NCBI GenBank assembly: GCA_018654605.1
Contig: JABILG010000002.1
Location: 12,817 to 76,816 of the forward strand
Direction of reading: 5' to 3'
Source: a bacterium
Lineage (GTDB): Bacteria > Desulfobacterota_D > UBA1144
DNA length: 64,000 bases
Part shown: positions 20,872 through 29,441 of the stretch, piece by piece
Layout: every line of letters starts with the position of its first letter
Position numbering within the stretch: the first letter of the stretch is position 1
Made by a program: the position numbers and the translations under genes
The notes under the pieces: model-generated
Seen by the model: the letters and a program-made list of their open reading frames with translations, nothing else
The model's database searches: none
What the model was told of the DNA's origin: nothing

Positions 20872-22203
20872 ATGGTTAAAATAAATCTTAAGCAGAAAAT
20901 AACTCAAAAAAATAAAGGCTATCTAAGTCTTGAATCAAAACTTTTTATAAAACTTATTAAGCTAAATATCAATGAAATCAATGAATTACTAGAAAAAGAA
21001 ATTAACGAAAACCCTTGTCTAGAAGAAATTGGCGAAAATGAGATAGTCTATGAAAAAAAAATAATTCAAGCTGATCACAATGTAGATAATGAAAAAACGA
21101 TAAAATACGATGATGACAATATTGCGAACTACCTTATTAGGCAAATTAAACAACTGAATATTAAGAAAAATGATAAAAAAATACTTGCATGTTTAATCTA
21201 TTTGTTAAATGATAAAGGCTTTTTGCTTTATCCGAACGATGAAATTAAAGAAATTCTTTTTGAACAAGAGAGAATAATTGTCAGCGAAGTAGATATTGAA
21301 GAACTTATAATAAAATCTCAAAGTCTTTTAGATCCTCCTGGAATACTGGCTAGGAATATTAAAGAGTCGTTAAAAATTCAATTAAGACTTTCAAATAATA
21401 AGCATTCTAGCCTATGTTCCGAGATTTTAGACAATCACACTGATAACCTTAAAGCCAAAAACCTTAAGAAGATTGCTACCTCCCTAAATACATCTGTCCC
21501 TCGAATAAAGAGATGCATTAAAGAAATATCACAGTTAAATATTAATCCTGCAAATATATTCTATTCAACAAATTCCACTATCAGGAACTCTAAACCAGAA
21601 GCTTATGTCTATTATCAGAACAATAATCTGGTTGTGCAGTCAAATAAACATGTAAAGAAGCTTAAGGTCTCAAGCTATTACAAGAGAATGCTTAAGCCGG
21701 GCGGCGGTATTGATAATGAAGTTAAGGACTATCTAAAAGAAAAGATTAAAAATGGTTCACTTTTGATAAAAACAATAGACGAAAGAGAGAGTATGTACCA
21801 AGATGTATTCAATTTGTTAGTAGAAATTCAGAAAGATTTCATACTAAAAGGAGAAAGATATCTTAAACCATTAAAATTATCTGATATAGCTTCACAGCTA
21901 GATATTCATGAGTCAACTGTTAGTAGAATAACTAGTAATAAATACATCAGCACACCCCGTGGTATGATAAACATGAAATCTCTTTTCGATAATAGAGCTA
22001 ATCCTGAATCAAAAGAATCTTCAACTGCAGTCCAAGACATCATAAAAGAGACAATTGACAATGAGGTCAAGAGCTCTCCTTTGACTGACGAAGGGATAAA
22101 GATATCATTAAAGAAGAAAGGTATAACTATAGCAAGAAGAACTATTGCAAAATACAGAAATATACTTAAAATACCTTCATCTAATAAGAGGGCTAATAAA
22201 TGA
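20872..22203 (+). CDS. rpoN: RNA polymerase sigma-54 factor
   Basis: 443 aa; C-terminal HTH LDIHESTVSR and RpoN box ARRTIAKYR. Confidence 0.85.
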   Translation: MVKINLKQKITQKNKGYLSLESKLFIKLIKLNINEINELLEKEINENPCLEEIGENEIVYEKKIIQADHNVDNEKTIKYDDDNIANYLIRQIKQLNIKKNDKKILACLIYLLNDKGFLLYPNDEIKEILFEQERIIVSEVDIEELIIKSQSLLDPPGILARNIKESLKIQLRLSNNKHSSLCSEILDNHTDNLKAKNLKKIATSLNTSVPRIKRCIKEISQLNINPANIFYSTNSTIRNSKPEAYVYYQNNNLVVQSNKHVKKLKVSSYYKRMLKPGGGIDNEVKDYLKEKIKNGSLLIKTIDERESMYQDVFNLLVEIQKDFILKGERYLKPLKLSDIASQLDIHESTVSRITSNKYISTPRGMINMKSLFDNRANPESKESSTAVQDIIKETIDNEVKSSPLTDEGIKISLKKKGITIARRTIAKYRNILKIPSSNKRANK

Positions 22204-22655
22204 AATTAAATGAATTACTGGACTCTCAATTAATCTTTACCGAACTTGAATCTTTAGAAAAAGAAGAATTCTTAACAAAATTTATATCTAAAATTTCAGA
22301 AGTCCGAAGCAGTATAAAGAAAACCATCGTAACCGATTTAATACTCAAGAGAGAAAAACTTTGTAGTACTGCGCTTGACAACTTCATAGCCATACCCCAC
22401 GCAAAGGTACCTGGCATAGATAAAACATATATAAGTTTGGGCATATCTAATAATGGGATAGATTTCGGCTCTATTGATGGTTTAAAGACTAAAATATTAA
22501 TATTAATCTTACACCCCGAGGAAACGGGAAATAGTCATTTAGAGATTCTAAAATCTGTATCAAATTTATTTACAAAAGAGAATCTAATCAATCAGATACT
22601 GGGCATGAAAGATCCTGGAGATATAATCAATTTTATAAAAGCTAATGAAAAATGA
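22200..22655 (+). CDS. ptsN: PTS IIA-like nitrogen regulatory protein (EIIA-Ntr)
   Basis: 151 aa; phosphorylatable His in IAIPHAK; directly downstream of rpoN with a 4-nt overlap. Confidence 0.75.
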   Translation: MKLNELLDSQLIFTELESLEKEEFLTKFISKISEVRSSIKKTIVTDLILKREKLCSTALDNFIAIPHAKVPGIDKTYISLGISNNGIDFGSIDGLKTKILILILHPEETGNSHLEILKSVSNLFTKENLINQILGMKDPGDIINFIKANEK

Positions 22656-23115
22656 TTCTTTAAGTAAGCATGGGGTTTTAGTAAATCTTTTAAACAAAGG
22701 TGTACTAATAATTGGTAGGAGTGGTGTTGGTAAAAGCGAATGTGCAGTAGAGCTTCTTAATAAAGGAGCATTTCTAGTTGCTGACGATGTAGTCTTAATT
22801 AAGGAAGTTAAGAAAAAACTTATTGGCTATCCCCCCGAAACGATTAAAGATTTAATAGAAATTAGAGGAATCGGGATTATTAACGTCAAAGACATATTTG
22901 GAGAAGAGGCAATTATTAATAGTTCTGATATCAATCTAATGATTGAACTTGTTGACTTTAAAGATGATTTTAATTATGAAAGACTAGGATACGATACCAG
23001 CTATACCGAGATACTAAATATTAAGATACCACATATGAAAATACCTGTTAGCCCAGGTAGGAACTTGTCAACACTTATTGAAATTGCTGTAAAAAAAATC
23101 ATACTAGAAAGTTAA
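22645..23115 (+). CDS. hprK: HPr kinase/phosphorylase, short alphaproteobacterial form (C-terminal kinase domain only)
   Basis: 156 aa; P-loop GRSGVGKSE followed by LVADD; it has no N-terminal domain, as in alphaproteobacterial HprK. Confidence 0.75.
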   Translation: MKNDSLSKHGVLVNLLNKGVLIIGRSGVGKSECAVELLNKGAFLVADDVVLIKEVKKKLIGYPPETIKDLIEIRGIGIINVKDIFGEEAIINSSDINLMIELVDFKDDFNYERLGYDTSYTEILNIKIPHMKIPVSPGRNLSTLIEIAVKKIILES

Positions 23116-23151
23116 TTTTGTAAAAAATAATTAATATATTAAAATTAAATT

Positions 23152-23547
23152 ATGTTCAATATATTAATCATCACACATGGTGAACTATGTGAAGAATTAA
23201 AATCATCCTTAGAGTTTGTCTTAGGTGAAAAGATACTGAGAAATATTTATACGATAACTATAGACAAAGAATCAAGAGACTTTGATACATATGCAAGCAA
23301 AATATCAAATTTCATAATTGATGATGAAAAAACTATAATATTCACTGATATGTTTGGGGGCACACCTTCAAATATTAGTCTAACTTTCTTTAAGAAAAAT
23401 TATGTTGAGATTATATCAGGGGTTAACCTTCCAATGCTTATAAAAGCTTCAACGATAGAAAAGTATGAATCTTTCGAAGAAGCAGTTAAGATAATAAGTA
23501 ATTCCGGTCAAGAAAATATTATTGTAGCAGGAGATTTAAATATTTAA
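23152..23547 (+). CDS. PTS EIIA, mannose-family type (ManX-like)
   Basis: 131 aa; N-terminal IIITHGELCEEL with the conserved His of EIIA-Man. Confidence 0.7.
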   Translation: MFNILIITHGELCEELKSSLEFVLGEKILRNIYTITIDKESRDFDTYASKISNFIIDDEKTIIFTDMFGGTPSNISLTFFKKNYVEIISGVNLPMLIKASTIEKYESFEEAVKIISNSGQENIIVAGDLNI

Positions 23548-23550
23548 GAT

Positions 23551-23874
23551 ATGTCAGAGCTAAATCACAAAAAAATATTAGAAGAATGGTCAAAGGTATT
23601 CCTTGTTAACGATTATGAAGATTGGACAATCGACATTTCACCAGAAATAAAAGATGACTTTGTAACTATCGCTTTATTCTTAGACTACAAAACTGCCAAA
23701 TCCTCTGGTGAGGAGAAAGAAGTTTATGAAGGTATTAAAAAAGCTTCGTTAATAATATTAGATTTCCTAGGAATACAAATTGTTGACAACAAAGAAGAAA
23801 AGAAGATTCAACTAATTAGAAAAGAATCATCAAGGGTCAGAGATGAAAAACTAGCTAAAGAAATTTGGGGATGA
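23551..23874 (+). CDS. Hypothetical acidic protein in the position where alphaproteobacteria usually encode NPr/HPr
   Basis: 107 aa. It has no GLHAR(P/A) HPr His motif and no recognisable family motif. It overlaps the next gene by 10 nt. Confidence 0.4.
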   Translation: MSELNHKKILEEWSKVFLVNDYEDWTIDISPEIKDDFVTIALFLDYKTAKSSGEEKEVYEGIKKASLIILDFLGIQIVDNKEEKKIQLIRKESSRVRDEKLAKEIWG

Positions 23875-24656
23875 GAACTGTTTTTTCAAAATTTAAAGGT
23901 TTCATAATCGATTTAGATGGAGTTATATATTTAGATAAAAGACCTATACCCTTTGCTAAATCTTTTATTTCTTATCTCAGAAAAGAAAATAAGCAATATG
24001 TCTTCTTAACAAATGACTCTTCTGTTTCACCTGTTGAATACTCAAGGATTCTATCAAGACTTGGAATAAAGTGCAGTGATAATCAAGTGATAACTCCCAT
24101 ATCTAATTTTATTGAAATTATAAAAAAAGATTCTGCTAAAAAAGAAAAAATAATGATTTTTTCTAGCAAAAAACTCAAGAGCTATATAAAAAAACAAGGC
24201 GTTAAGATTATTGAAGACTTATCTAGATTCAAAGAGACTAAAAATATTCTTGTTTCAGGGAACATTAATTTTAATTATAAGGATTTAATGTATGCGTCAT
24301 TATGTATTCAAAATGGTGCAAATCTTTATGCAACAAGTATTGACAATAGTTACCCGACAGAACTAGGTAATGTGCCAGCGACTGGTGCTATTGTTACAGC
24401 TATCACTAAAACATATCCAACACGTGTAACAAATCTTGGCAAACCCTCTAAAAAAATATTCAAGTTAGCTAGAGAAAGATTAGGTCTCAGAAAATCTGAA
24501 ATACTTACTATTGGTGATAATATTAAGACAGATATCGCAGGATCCAATATTTCTGGAATAAAAAGTGCGCTTGTGCTTACCGGAAAAACGTCTAGATTGA
24601 TTGCAAAGAAGTCTAGAATAAAGCCAACTTACACTATAAAAAATCTTAAACTTTAG
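23865..24656 (+). CDS. HAD-superfamily hydrolase, subfamily IIA (NagD-like)
   Basis: 263 aa; motif I IIDLDGVIY and motif III/IV GDNIKTDI. Confidence 0.7.
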   Translation: MGMRTVFSKFKGFIIDLDGVIYLDKRPIPFAKSFISYLRKENKQYVFLTNDSSVSPVEYSRILSRLGIKCSDNQVITPISNFIEIIKKDSAKKEKIMIFSSKKLKSYIKKQGVKIIEDLSRFKETKNILVSGNINFNYKDLMYASLCIQNGANLYATSIDNSYPTELGNVPATGAIVTAITKTYPTRVTNLGKPSKKIFKLARERLGLRKSEILTIGDNIKTDIAGSNISGIKSALVLTGKTSRLIAKKSRIKPTYTIKNLKL

Positions 24657-25872
24657 TGCCCTGAACTAAGCAAACCATCTTACCTGAATGTTTATTTTCA
24701 TACATCAATTGGTGAGCCTTGGGAATTTCATCGTAGTTAAAAACCTCTGACACAACAGGATTGATTAACCCCGCATGTACTAACTCGTTAGCTCTAACGC
24801 ATTCCAAAGCATTTGCAAAATGAGAACCTAATATTTGTTTTTGCAACATCCACAAATATCTTACATCGAAGGAGCAATCATATCCTGAAGTACCTGCGCA
24901 TATTACAATTCTTCCGAACTTTTCGCATACAAAGACGCTGGCAGGGAACGTTGTTTCTCCTGGATGTTCAAAGATTACATTTGGACTTTTCCTTTCTCCA
25001 AGGATTTCCCAAATCTTCTTACCAAAGTTCTTCATTTCTTTAAATCTCGAAGCTGTTTCCTCGGGAGTCTCATTTTTCTTATACGCTAAATTAGGAAAGT
25101 CCTTTCTATTAATAACACCTACTGCACCTAAATCTTCACACATCTTAAACTTGTCTTGAGATGAAACAACAGCTACTGCTTTAGCACCAAGCATCTTACA
25201 TATCTGAAGGGCAAAAACTCCTAATCCACCTGCTGCACCCCATACAAGGACTACTTCACCTGGCTGAATATTAGCTTTAGTAACAAGCATTCTGTAAGCA
25301 GTAAAATAACAAAGCGCATATGAAGCAGCTTCTTGCCAATTTAAATGTTTCGGCTTCTTTAATATTTGTTGCGCTTGAACCTTAGTAAACTGAGCAAAAC
25401 AACCATTTGGAGTCTCATATCCCCATATTTGAGCTCCTTTGCTAACCATAGGGTCATAACTAATAAAATCTCCATTAGACTGGGTCATATTTGAATGTGG
25501 CTCTTCGCTTTCGACGCCGCAATGAATGATAACTTCATCACCTTTCTTCCAACTTTTAACATTAGAACCTATGTCCCAAACAATTCCTGAACAATCACTA
25601 CCCGCTATATGAAGATCTTGTTTGTGAACATCTAAGACAGATATTGGCTCCCCCAAACCTGCCCAAACTCCATTAAAATTAATTCCTGTTGCTACGACCA
25701 GGACTAGAACATCATTAGGTCCACATTCTGGGACAGGGAGCTCCTCTTCCTGGAAAGATTTCATTGGCTCACCATGTCTATCCTTTCTAATAACCCAGGC
25801 TTTCATTTTTTTTGGTTTAAAATTTAAATCCTCAGGTATAACACCTATTGGTAATGGGTCTGAATAACTCAT
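24646..25872 (-). CDS. ccr: Crotonyl-CoA carboxylase/reductase (Ccr) homolog, MDR superfamily
   Basis: 408 aa. Long stretches match characterised Ccr: MKAWVIRKDRHGEP, HIAGSDCSGIVW, IWGYETPNGCFAQFTKVQAQQ, FEHPGETTFPAS, ICAGTSGYDCSFDVRYLWMLQK, ILGSHFAN. Confidence 0.8.
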   Translation of the reverse strand: MSYSDPLPIGVIPEDLNFKPKKMKAWVIRKDRHGEPMKSFQEEELPVPECGPNDVLVLVVATGINFNGVWAGLGEPISVLDVHKQDLHIAGSDCSGIVWDIGSNVKSWKKGDEVIIHCGVESEEPHSNMTQSNGDFISYDPMVSKGAQIWGYETPNGCFAQFTKVQAQQILKKPKHLNWQEAASYALCYFTAYRMLVTKANIQPGEVVLVWGAAGGLGVFALQICKMLGAKAVAVVSSQDKFKMCEDLGAVGVINRKDFPNLAYKKNETPEETASRFKEMKNFGKKIWEILGERKSPNVIFEHPGETTFPASVFVCEKFGRIVICAGTSGYDCSFDVRYLWMLQKQILGSHFANALECVRANELVHAGLINPVVSEVFNYDEIPKAHQLMYENKHSGKMVCLVQGTKV

Positions 25873-25883
25873 AAAAATTCTCC

Positions 25884-26888
25884 TTATTTAAAATTAAGAC
25901 TCATAGCTTCTTTAATAAGCTCAAGATTCTTTCTTGTTGCTTCCCTTGCTCTTTTAGAACCTTCAATGATTATATCTAAAATTTCACTTTTATTCCTTAA
26001 AATTTCACTTCTTTTTTGTCTAATTGGATCTAAAAAGTTATTAATATTTCTAACTAACGAATCCTTGACCTCAACGTCACCTATCTTTCCTCTTTTATAC
26101 CTATCTTTAAATTCCTCTAGCTCTGCCAGATTGCTATTAAAAATATCATGATAAATAAAAAGAGGGTTTCCTTCTACTTTTCCTGGAATATCAGCACTTG
26201 TCCTATTAGGATCAGTGAACATTTTCATCACCTTCTTCTTCACTACCTTCTCAGGATCAGATAAGTATATAGAATTATTTAAGGACTTACTCATCTTACC
26301 TTGACCATCTGTTCCTACAAGTCTAGAAACTTTACTAATCATTGGATCTGGTTCTACTAAAAGATTTTTATAAGTTGAATTAAACCTTCTAGCAATTTCT
26401 CTTGTAAGTTCGACATGACTAAGTTGATCTTCGCCTACTGGAACAACTGAAGCATTAAATGCCAAAATATCGGAAGACATTAGTACGGGGTAAGAAAGCA
26501 AACCTAAGGAATAATTATCGTTTAAGTTCATTGACGTTATCTTCTCCTTAAGGGTTGGTATACGCTGAATCCTTGGCACAGAACATAGCATAGATAAAAG
26601 CACGGTTAGCTCTGAAATTTCAGGAATTTTTGATTGCAAGTAAAAACAAGACTTATTCGGATCAAGTCCAACGGACATCCAATCAACTACTAATTCTATA
26701 ATATTATCTTTTAAATGAGCGACTCTATCCTGATGCGTTGTTAGCATATGTAGGTCGGCGATTAAAAAATAACAGTCAAAGGAATCTTGAAGTTTAATTC
26801 TATTTTCAAGAGTTCCAACATAATGCCCAAGATGGAGATTACCTGTAGGTCTATCGCCAGTAACTAAAATTTTCTTTTTATCACTCAT
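25884..26888 (-). CDS. trpS: Tryptophanyl-tRNA synthetase
   Basis: 334 aa class I aaRS; HIGH-type motif TGNLHLGHY and KMSKS. Confidence 0.9.
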   Translation of the reverse strand: MSDKKKILVTGDRPTGNLHLGHYVGTLENRIKLQDSFDCYFLIADLHMLTTHQDRVAHLKDNIIELVVDWMSVGLDPNKSCFYLQSKIPEISELTVLLSMLCSVPRIQRIPTLKEKITSMNLNDNYSLGLLSYPVLMSSDILAFNASVVPVGEDQLSHVELTREIARRFNSTYKNLLVEPDPMISKVSRLVGTDGQGKMSKSLNNSIYLSDPEKVVKKKVMKMFTDPNRTSADIPGKVEGNPLFIYHDIFNSNLAELEEFKDRYKRGKIGDVEVKDSLVRNINNFLDPIRQKRSEILRNKSEILDIIIEGSKRAREATRKNLELIKEAMSLNFK

Positions 26889-26938
26889 AAATTATAATTA
26901 AATAGAATATCTTAGGTTTAATAATAAGAAAATATATA

Positions 26939-27607
26939 ATGAAAAAAATATCAATACAACAACTTGCCCCTCTTCTAACTTCAGGTAGAAAGAAAAGGAT
27001 AGATGAAGTCTTATCTAAAAGAACAAAGGGAATTTGTGTACTCTTAGAAGATATCTATCAAGGTCATAATATCAGTGCTGTTTTACGTACTTGCGATAAT
27101 TTAGGGATTCAAAATATCTATATAATTCAAGATTCAAATAAAATAACTCTCTCGAAAGGTATCTCATTAGGCTCAGAAAAATGGGTGACGATGGAGATAA
27201 AAACAAAGAACCTGTCAAAAAAGGAATACATCAAGTCTCTAAAGAAGCTGGGTTTTAAAATCATAGCCACAGTTCCCCCTTCAAAAAATAAATCTATTTC
27301 GTTAGAAAAGTTTAAGATTAAGAAGAAAATGATTGTTGCATTTGGCAACGAAGAAAAGGGTCTTAGTAAAGATATATTAGAAGAATCTGATTCATTGATA
27401 AGTATTTCGATGGATGGGTTCAATGAGAGTTATAATATTTCAGTTTCTTGTGCGATTGTAATGAATCAACTTATTTCGGAGGCAAAAAAAAGCAATAAAT
27501 TAACTTATCTAAGTAATAATGAAAGGAAAAAACTAAGATTTGACTGGTACCTAAAGTCTCTAAAAAACTCATCAAAAGTTATCAAGAATTTAGCTAAATC
27601 AAAATAA
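26939..27607 (+). CDS. SpoU/TrmH-family RNA 2'-O-methyltransferase
   Basis: 222 aa; SpoU motifs HNISAVLRTCDNLGIQNIYII and VAFGNEEKGLS. Confidence 0.7.
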   Translation: MKKISIQQLAPLLTSGRKKRIDEVLSKRTKGICVLLEDIYQGHNISAVLRTCDNLGIQNIYIIQDSNKITLSKGISLGSEKWVTMEIKTKNLSKKEYIKSLKKLGFKIIATVPPSKNKSISLEKFKIKKKMIVAFGNEEKGLSKDILEESDSLISISMDGFNESYNISVSCAIVMNQLISEAKKSNKLTYLSNNERKKLRFDWYLKSLKNSSKVIKNLAKSK

Positions 27608-27608
27608 T

Positions 27609-27684
27609 CGCGCCTGGAAGGACTCGAACCCTCGACCTCCAGAGCCGTAATCTGGCACTCTAATCCAACTGAGCTACAGGCGCA
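27609..27684 (-). tRNA. tRNA-Arg (anticodon ACG)
   Basis: Reverse complement GCGCCTGTAGCTCAGTTGGATTAGAGTGCCAGATTACGGCTCTGGAGGTCGAGGGTTCGAGTCCTTCCAGGCGCG. It has a 7-bp acceptor stem and an anticodon loop UUACGGC. Confidence 0.9.
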
Positions 27685-27692
27685 TATTAGCT

Positions 27693-27782
<90 letters not shown>

Positions 27783-27793
27783 ATACGCTACTA

Positions 27794-29236
27794 TTATGGC
27801 TGATGAATTGATAAAAATAAATCTGTAAAGTTCTTAACAGGTGTAAATGCACTACTTGGTATTTCTACAAAAGTAGTATGCCAATAGTGCATTGAACCAT
27901 TCCAAAGCCCTGGACGTTCAACAAACCTACAATCCTTACCCATTATATTTCTTTTCACGTTCATTTTTAGTGAATCCTCAGAAAAATCTTTTAAATTGAA
28001 CTTATTACCTGAATAATCTTTAATGCTGCATATCATCTCTACTGGATTAAAGTAGGAGCAGCTATCCCAAACTTTTTTCTGATTTAAATCATCAAAGTCT
28101 ACTTGTGACTCCTCAACTATTTGAACAGACTCAGAATTTCCATCATAAACCCAAAAAGGCTTCCCTCCTTTAGAATCTTCATCTTTAACTACCCCACATA
28201 CCCTTATAGGCTTGTTCAACATTTGTATAATAATATCTACTTTTTCCTCTATAGTTCTCTCTTTAAGCTGTGAGGGTAGAATATTCTCAAGCTGTGCAAT
28301 TGAAGGTTCAAGAAGTGAATAATTTTTCTCACTAAAAGTTTGTATCATCATATCGAAATTCTTCTTCGTACTCATAGCTATATTAAAAAGTGACTTTGAA
28401 ATTTCATGTCTAAGCTGAATAGTCTTGGGTGAGATATTATCAATATTATTTATAAAAATAAAATCAGCATCAATTTCGTTTAAACAACCCAATAAAGATC
28501 CATGTCCTGCGGGGTGTGTATATATGTCACCATTGGCAGCTCTAAGCAATTCACCTTCACTATCCAAACAAATACTATTTGTTGATTTCGATTGAACTAT
28601 AAAGTCACATATTGACTCCTGTTCATAATCTTGAAGAAAATATGAATTAGTAATTTTTAAAGAAAACTCTTCCCTAAAACCATCTTGAATAGTAAAAAAG
28701 ATTTTCGAATTTGATATATCCTCAAATGAATTAACTACGAACTGCTCTAATGGAGAAATAGGTACATTTTCTATTAAATGAAAATCAATTAAAGCTTTGG
28801 GTTGTGATTTTAGATTCATTAAATTTTCATTCAGTAAAAGGTTTTTTAATTCTTCAAGATCCTTATCTTTTAGAATCTTTTCTAAATCAATCTGATTCTC
28901 TGAACAATATCTTTGAATTCCAGAATAAAATGGAAGGAGGTTTATTTTATTAAAAAAATCACCATCTATTCCATCAAAGCTGAACATTCTTGTTGCAGAC
29001 CCTGAAGAGGGTACAAACCTAGAAATTAATATTCCTGGCATAGGTGGTCCAGATTCTAAATTAATCCTTTTCACTTCTTCTGGTGGAAGTACACCGTCAT
29101 TATGAATACATGGTCTAATTAAAGTGAGATTCTTGGGCTCAGTTTTTCCTTCAAGAAAATTAACTTGATTATGAGCCTCTTCTTTGCTTATCCCCAAGGA
29201 GGATAAAAAAACTAAATCATTTTGATTCAACATCAC
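27794..29236 (-). CDS. Hypothetical protein (480 aa) with weak UDP-sugar pyrophosphorylase-like motifs
   Basis: VPSSGSATRMFSF and THPAGHGSL resemble the GGLGTSMG and PxGHG motifs of UDPGP-family nucleotidyltransferases. The gene is bracketed by tRNA genes on both sides. Confidence 0.35.
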   Translation of the reverse strand: MMLNQNDLVFLSSLGISKEEAHNQVNFLEGKTEPKNLTLIRPCIHNDGVLPPEEVKRINLESGPPMPGILISRFVPSSGSATRMFSFDGIDGDFFNKINLLPFYSGIQRYCSENQIDLEKILKDKDLEELKNLLLNENLMNLKSQPKALIDFHLIENVPISPLEQFVVNSFEDISNSKIFFTIQDGFREEFSLKITNSYFLQDYEQESICDFIVQSKSTNSICLDSEGELLRAANGDIYTHPAGHGSLLGCLNEIDADFIFINNIDNISPKTIQLRHEISKSLFNIAMSTKKNFDMMIQTFSEKNYSLLEPSIAQLENILPSQLKERTIEEKVDIIIQMLNKPIRVCGVVKDEDSKGGKPFWVYDGNSESVQIVEESQVDFDDLNQKKVWDSCSYFNPVEMICSIKDYSGNKFNLKDFSEDSLKMNVKRNIMGKDCRFVERPGLWNGSMHYWHTTFVEIPSSAFTPVKNFTDLFLSIHQP

Positions 29237-29251
29237 AAATAATATTATTCT

Positions 29252-29325
29252 CGGGGTCGACGGGATTCGAACCCGCGACCTCTGGCGTGACAGGCCAGCG
29301 TTCTAACCAGCTGAACTACGACCCC
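29252..29325 (-). tRNA. tRNA-Asp (anticodon GUC)
   Basis: Reverse complement GGGGTCGTAGTTCAGCTGGTTAGAACGCTGGCCTGTCACGCCAGAGGTCGCGGGTTCGAATCCCGTCGACCCCG. Confidence 0.9.
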
Positions 29326-29332
29326 CAAAATA

Positions 29333-29404
29333 TGGGCGCTACAGGATTTGAACCTGTGACATCTTCCTTGTAAGGGAAGCGCTCTCCCGCTGAGCTAAGC
29401 GCCC
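29333..29404 (-). tRNA. tRNA-Val (anticodon UAC)
   Basis: Reverse complement GGGCGCTTAGCTCAGCGGGAGAGCGCTTCCCTTACAAGGAAGATGTCACAGGTTCAAATCCTGTAGCGCCCA. Confidence 0.9.
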
Positions 29405-29441
29405 CGAATAGATTTTTATACTATATGCAGACAAGTAAATG

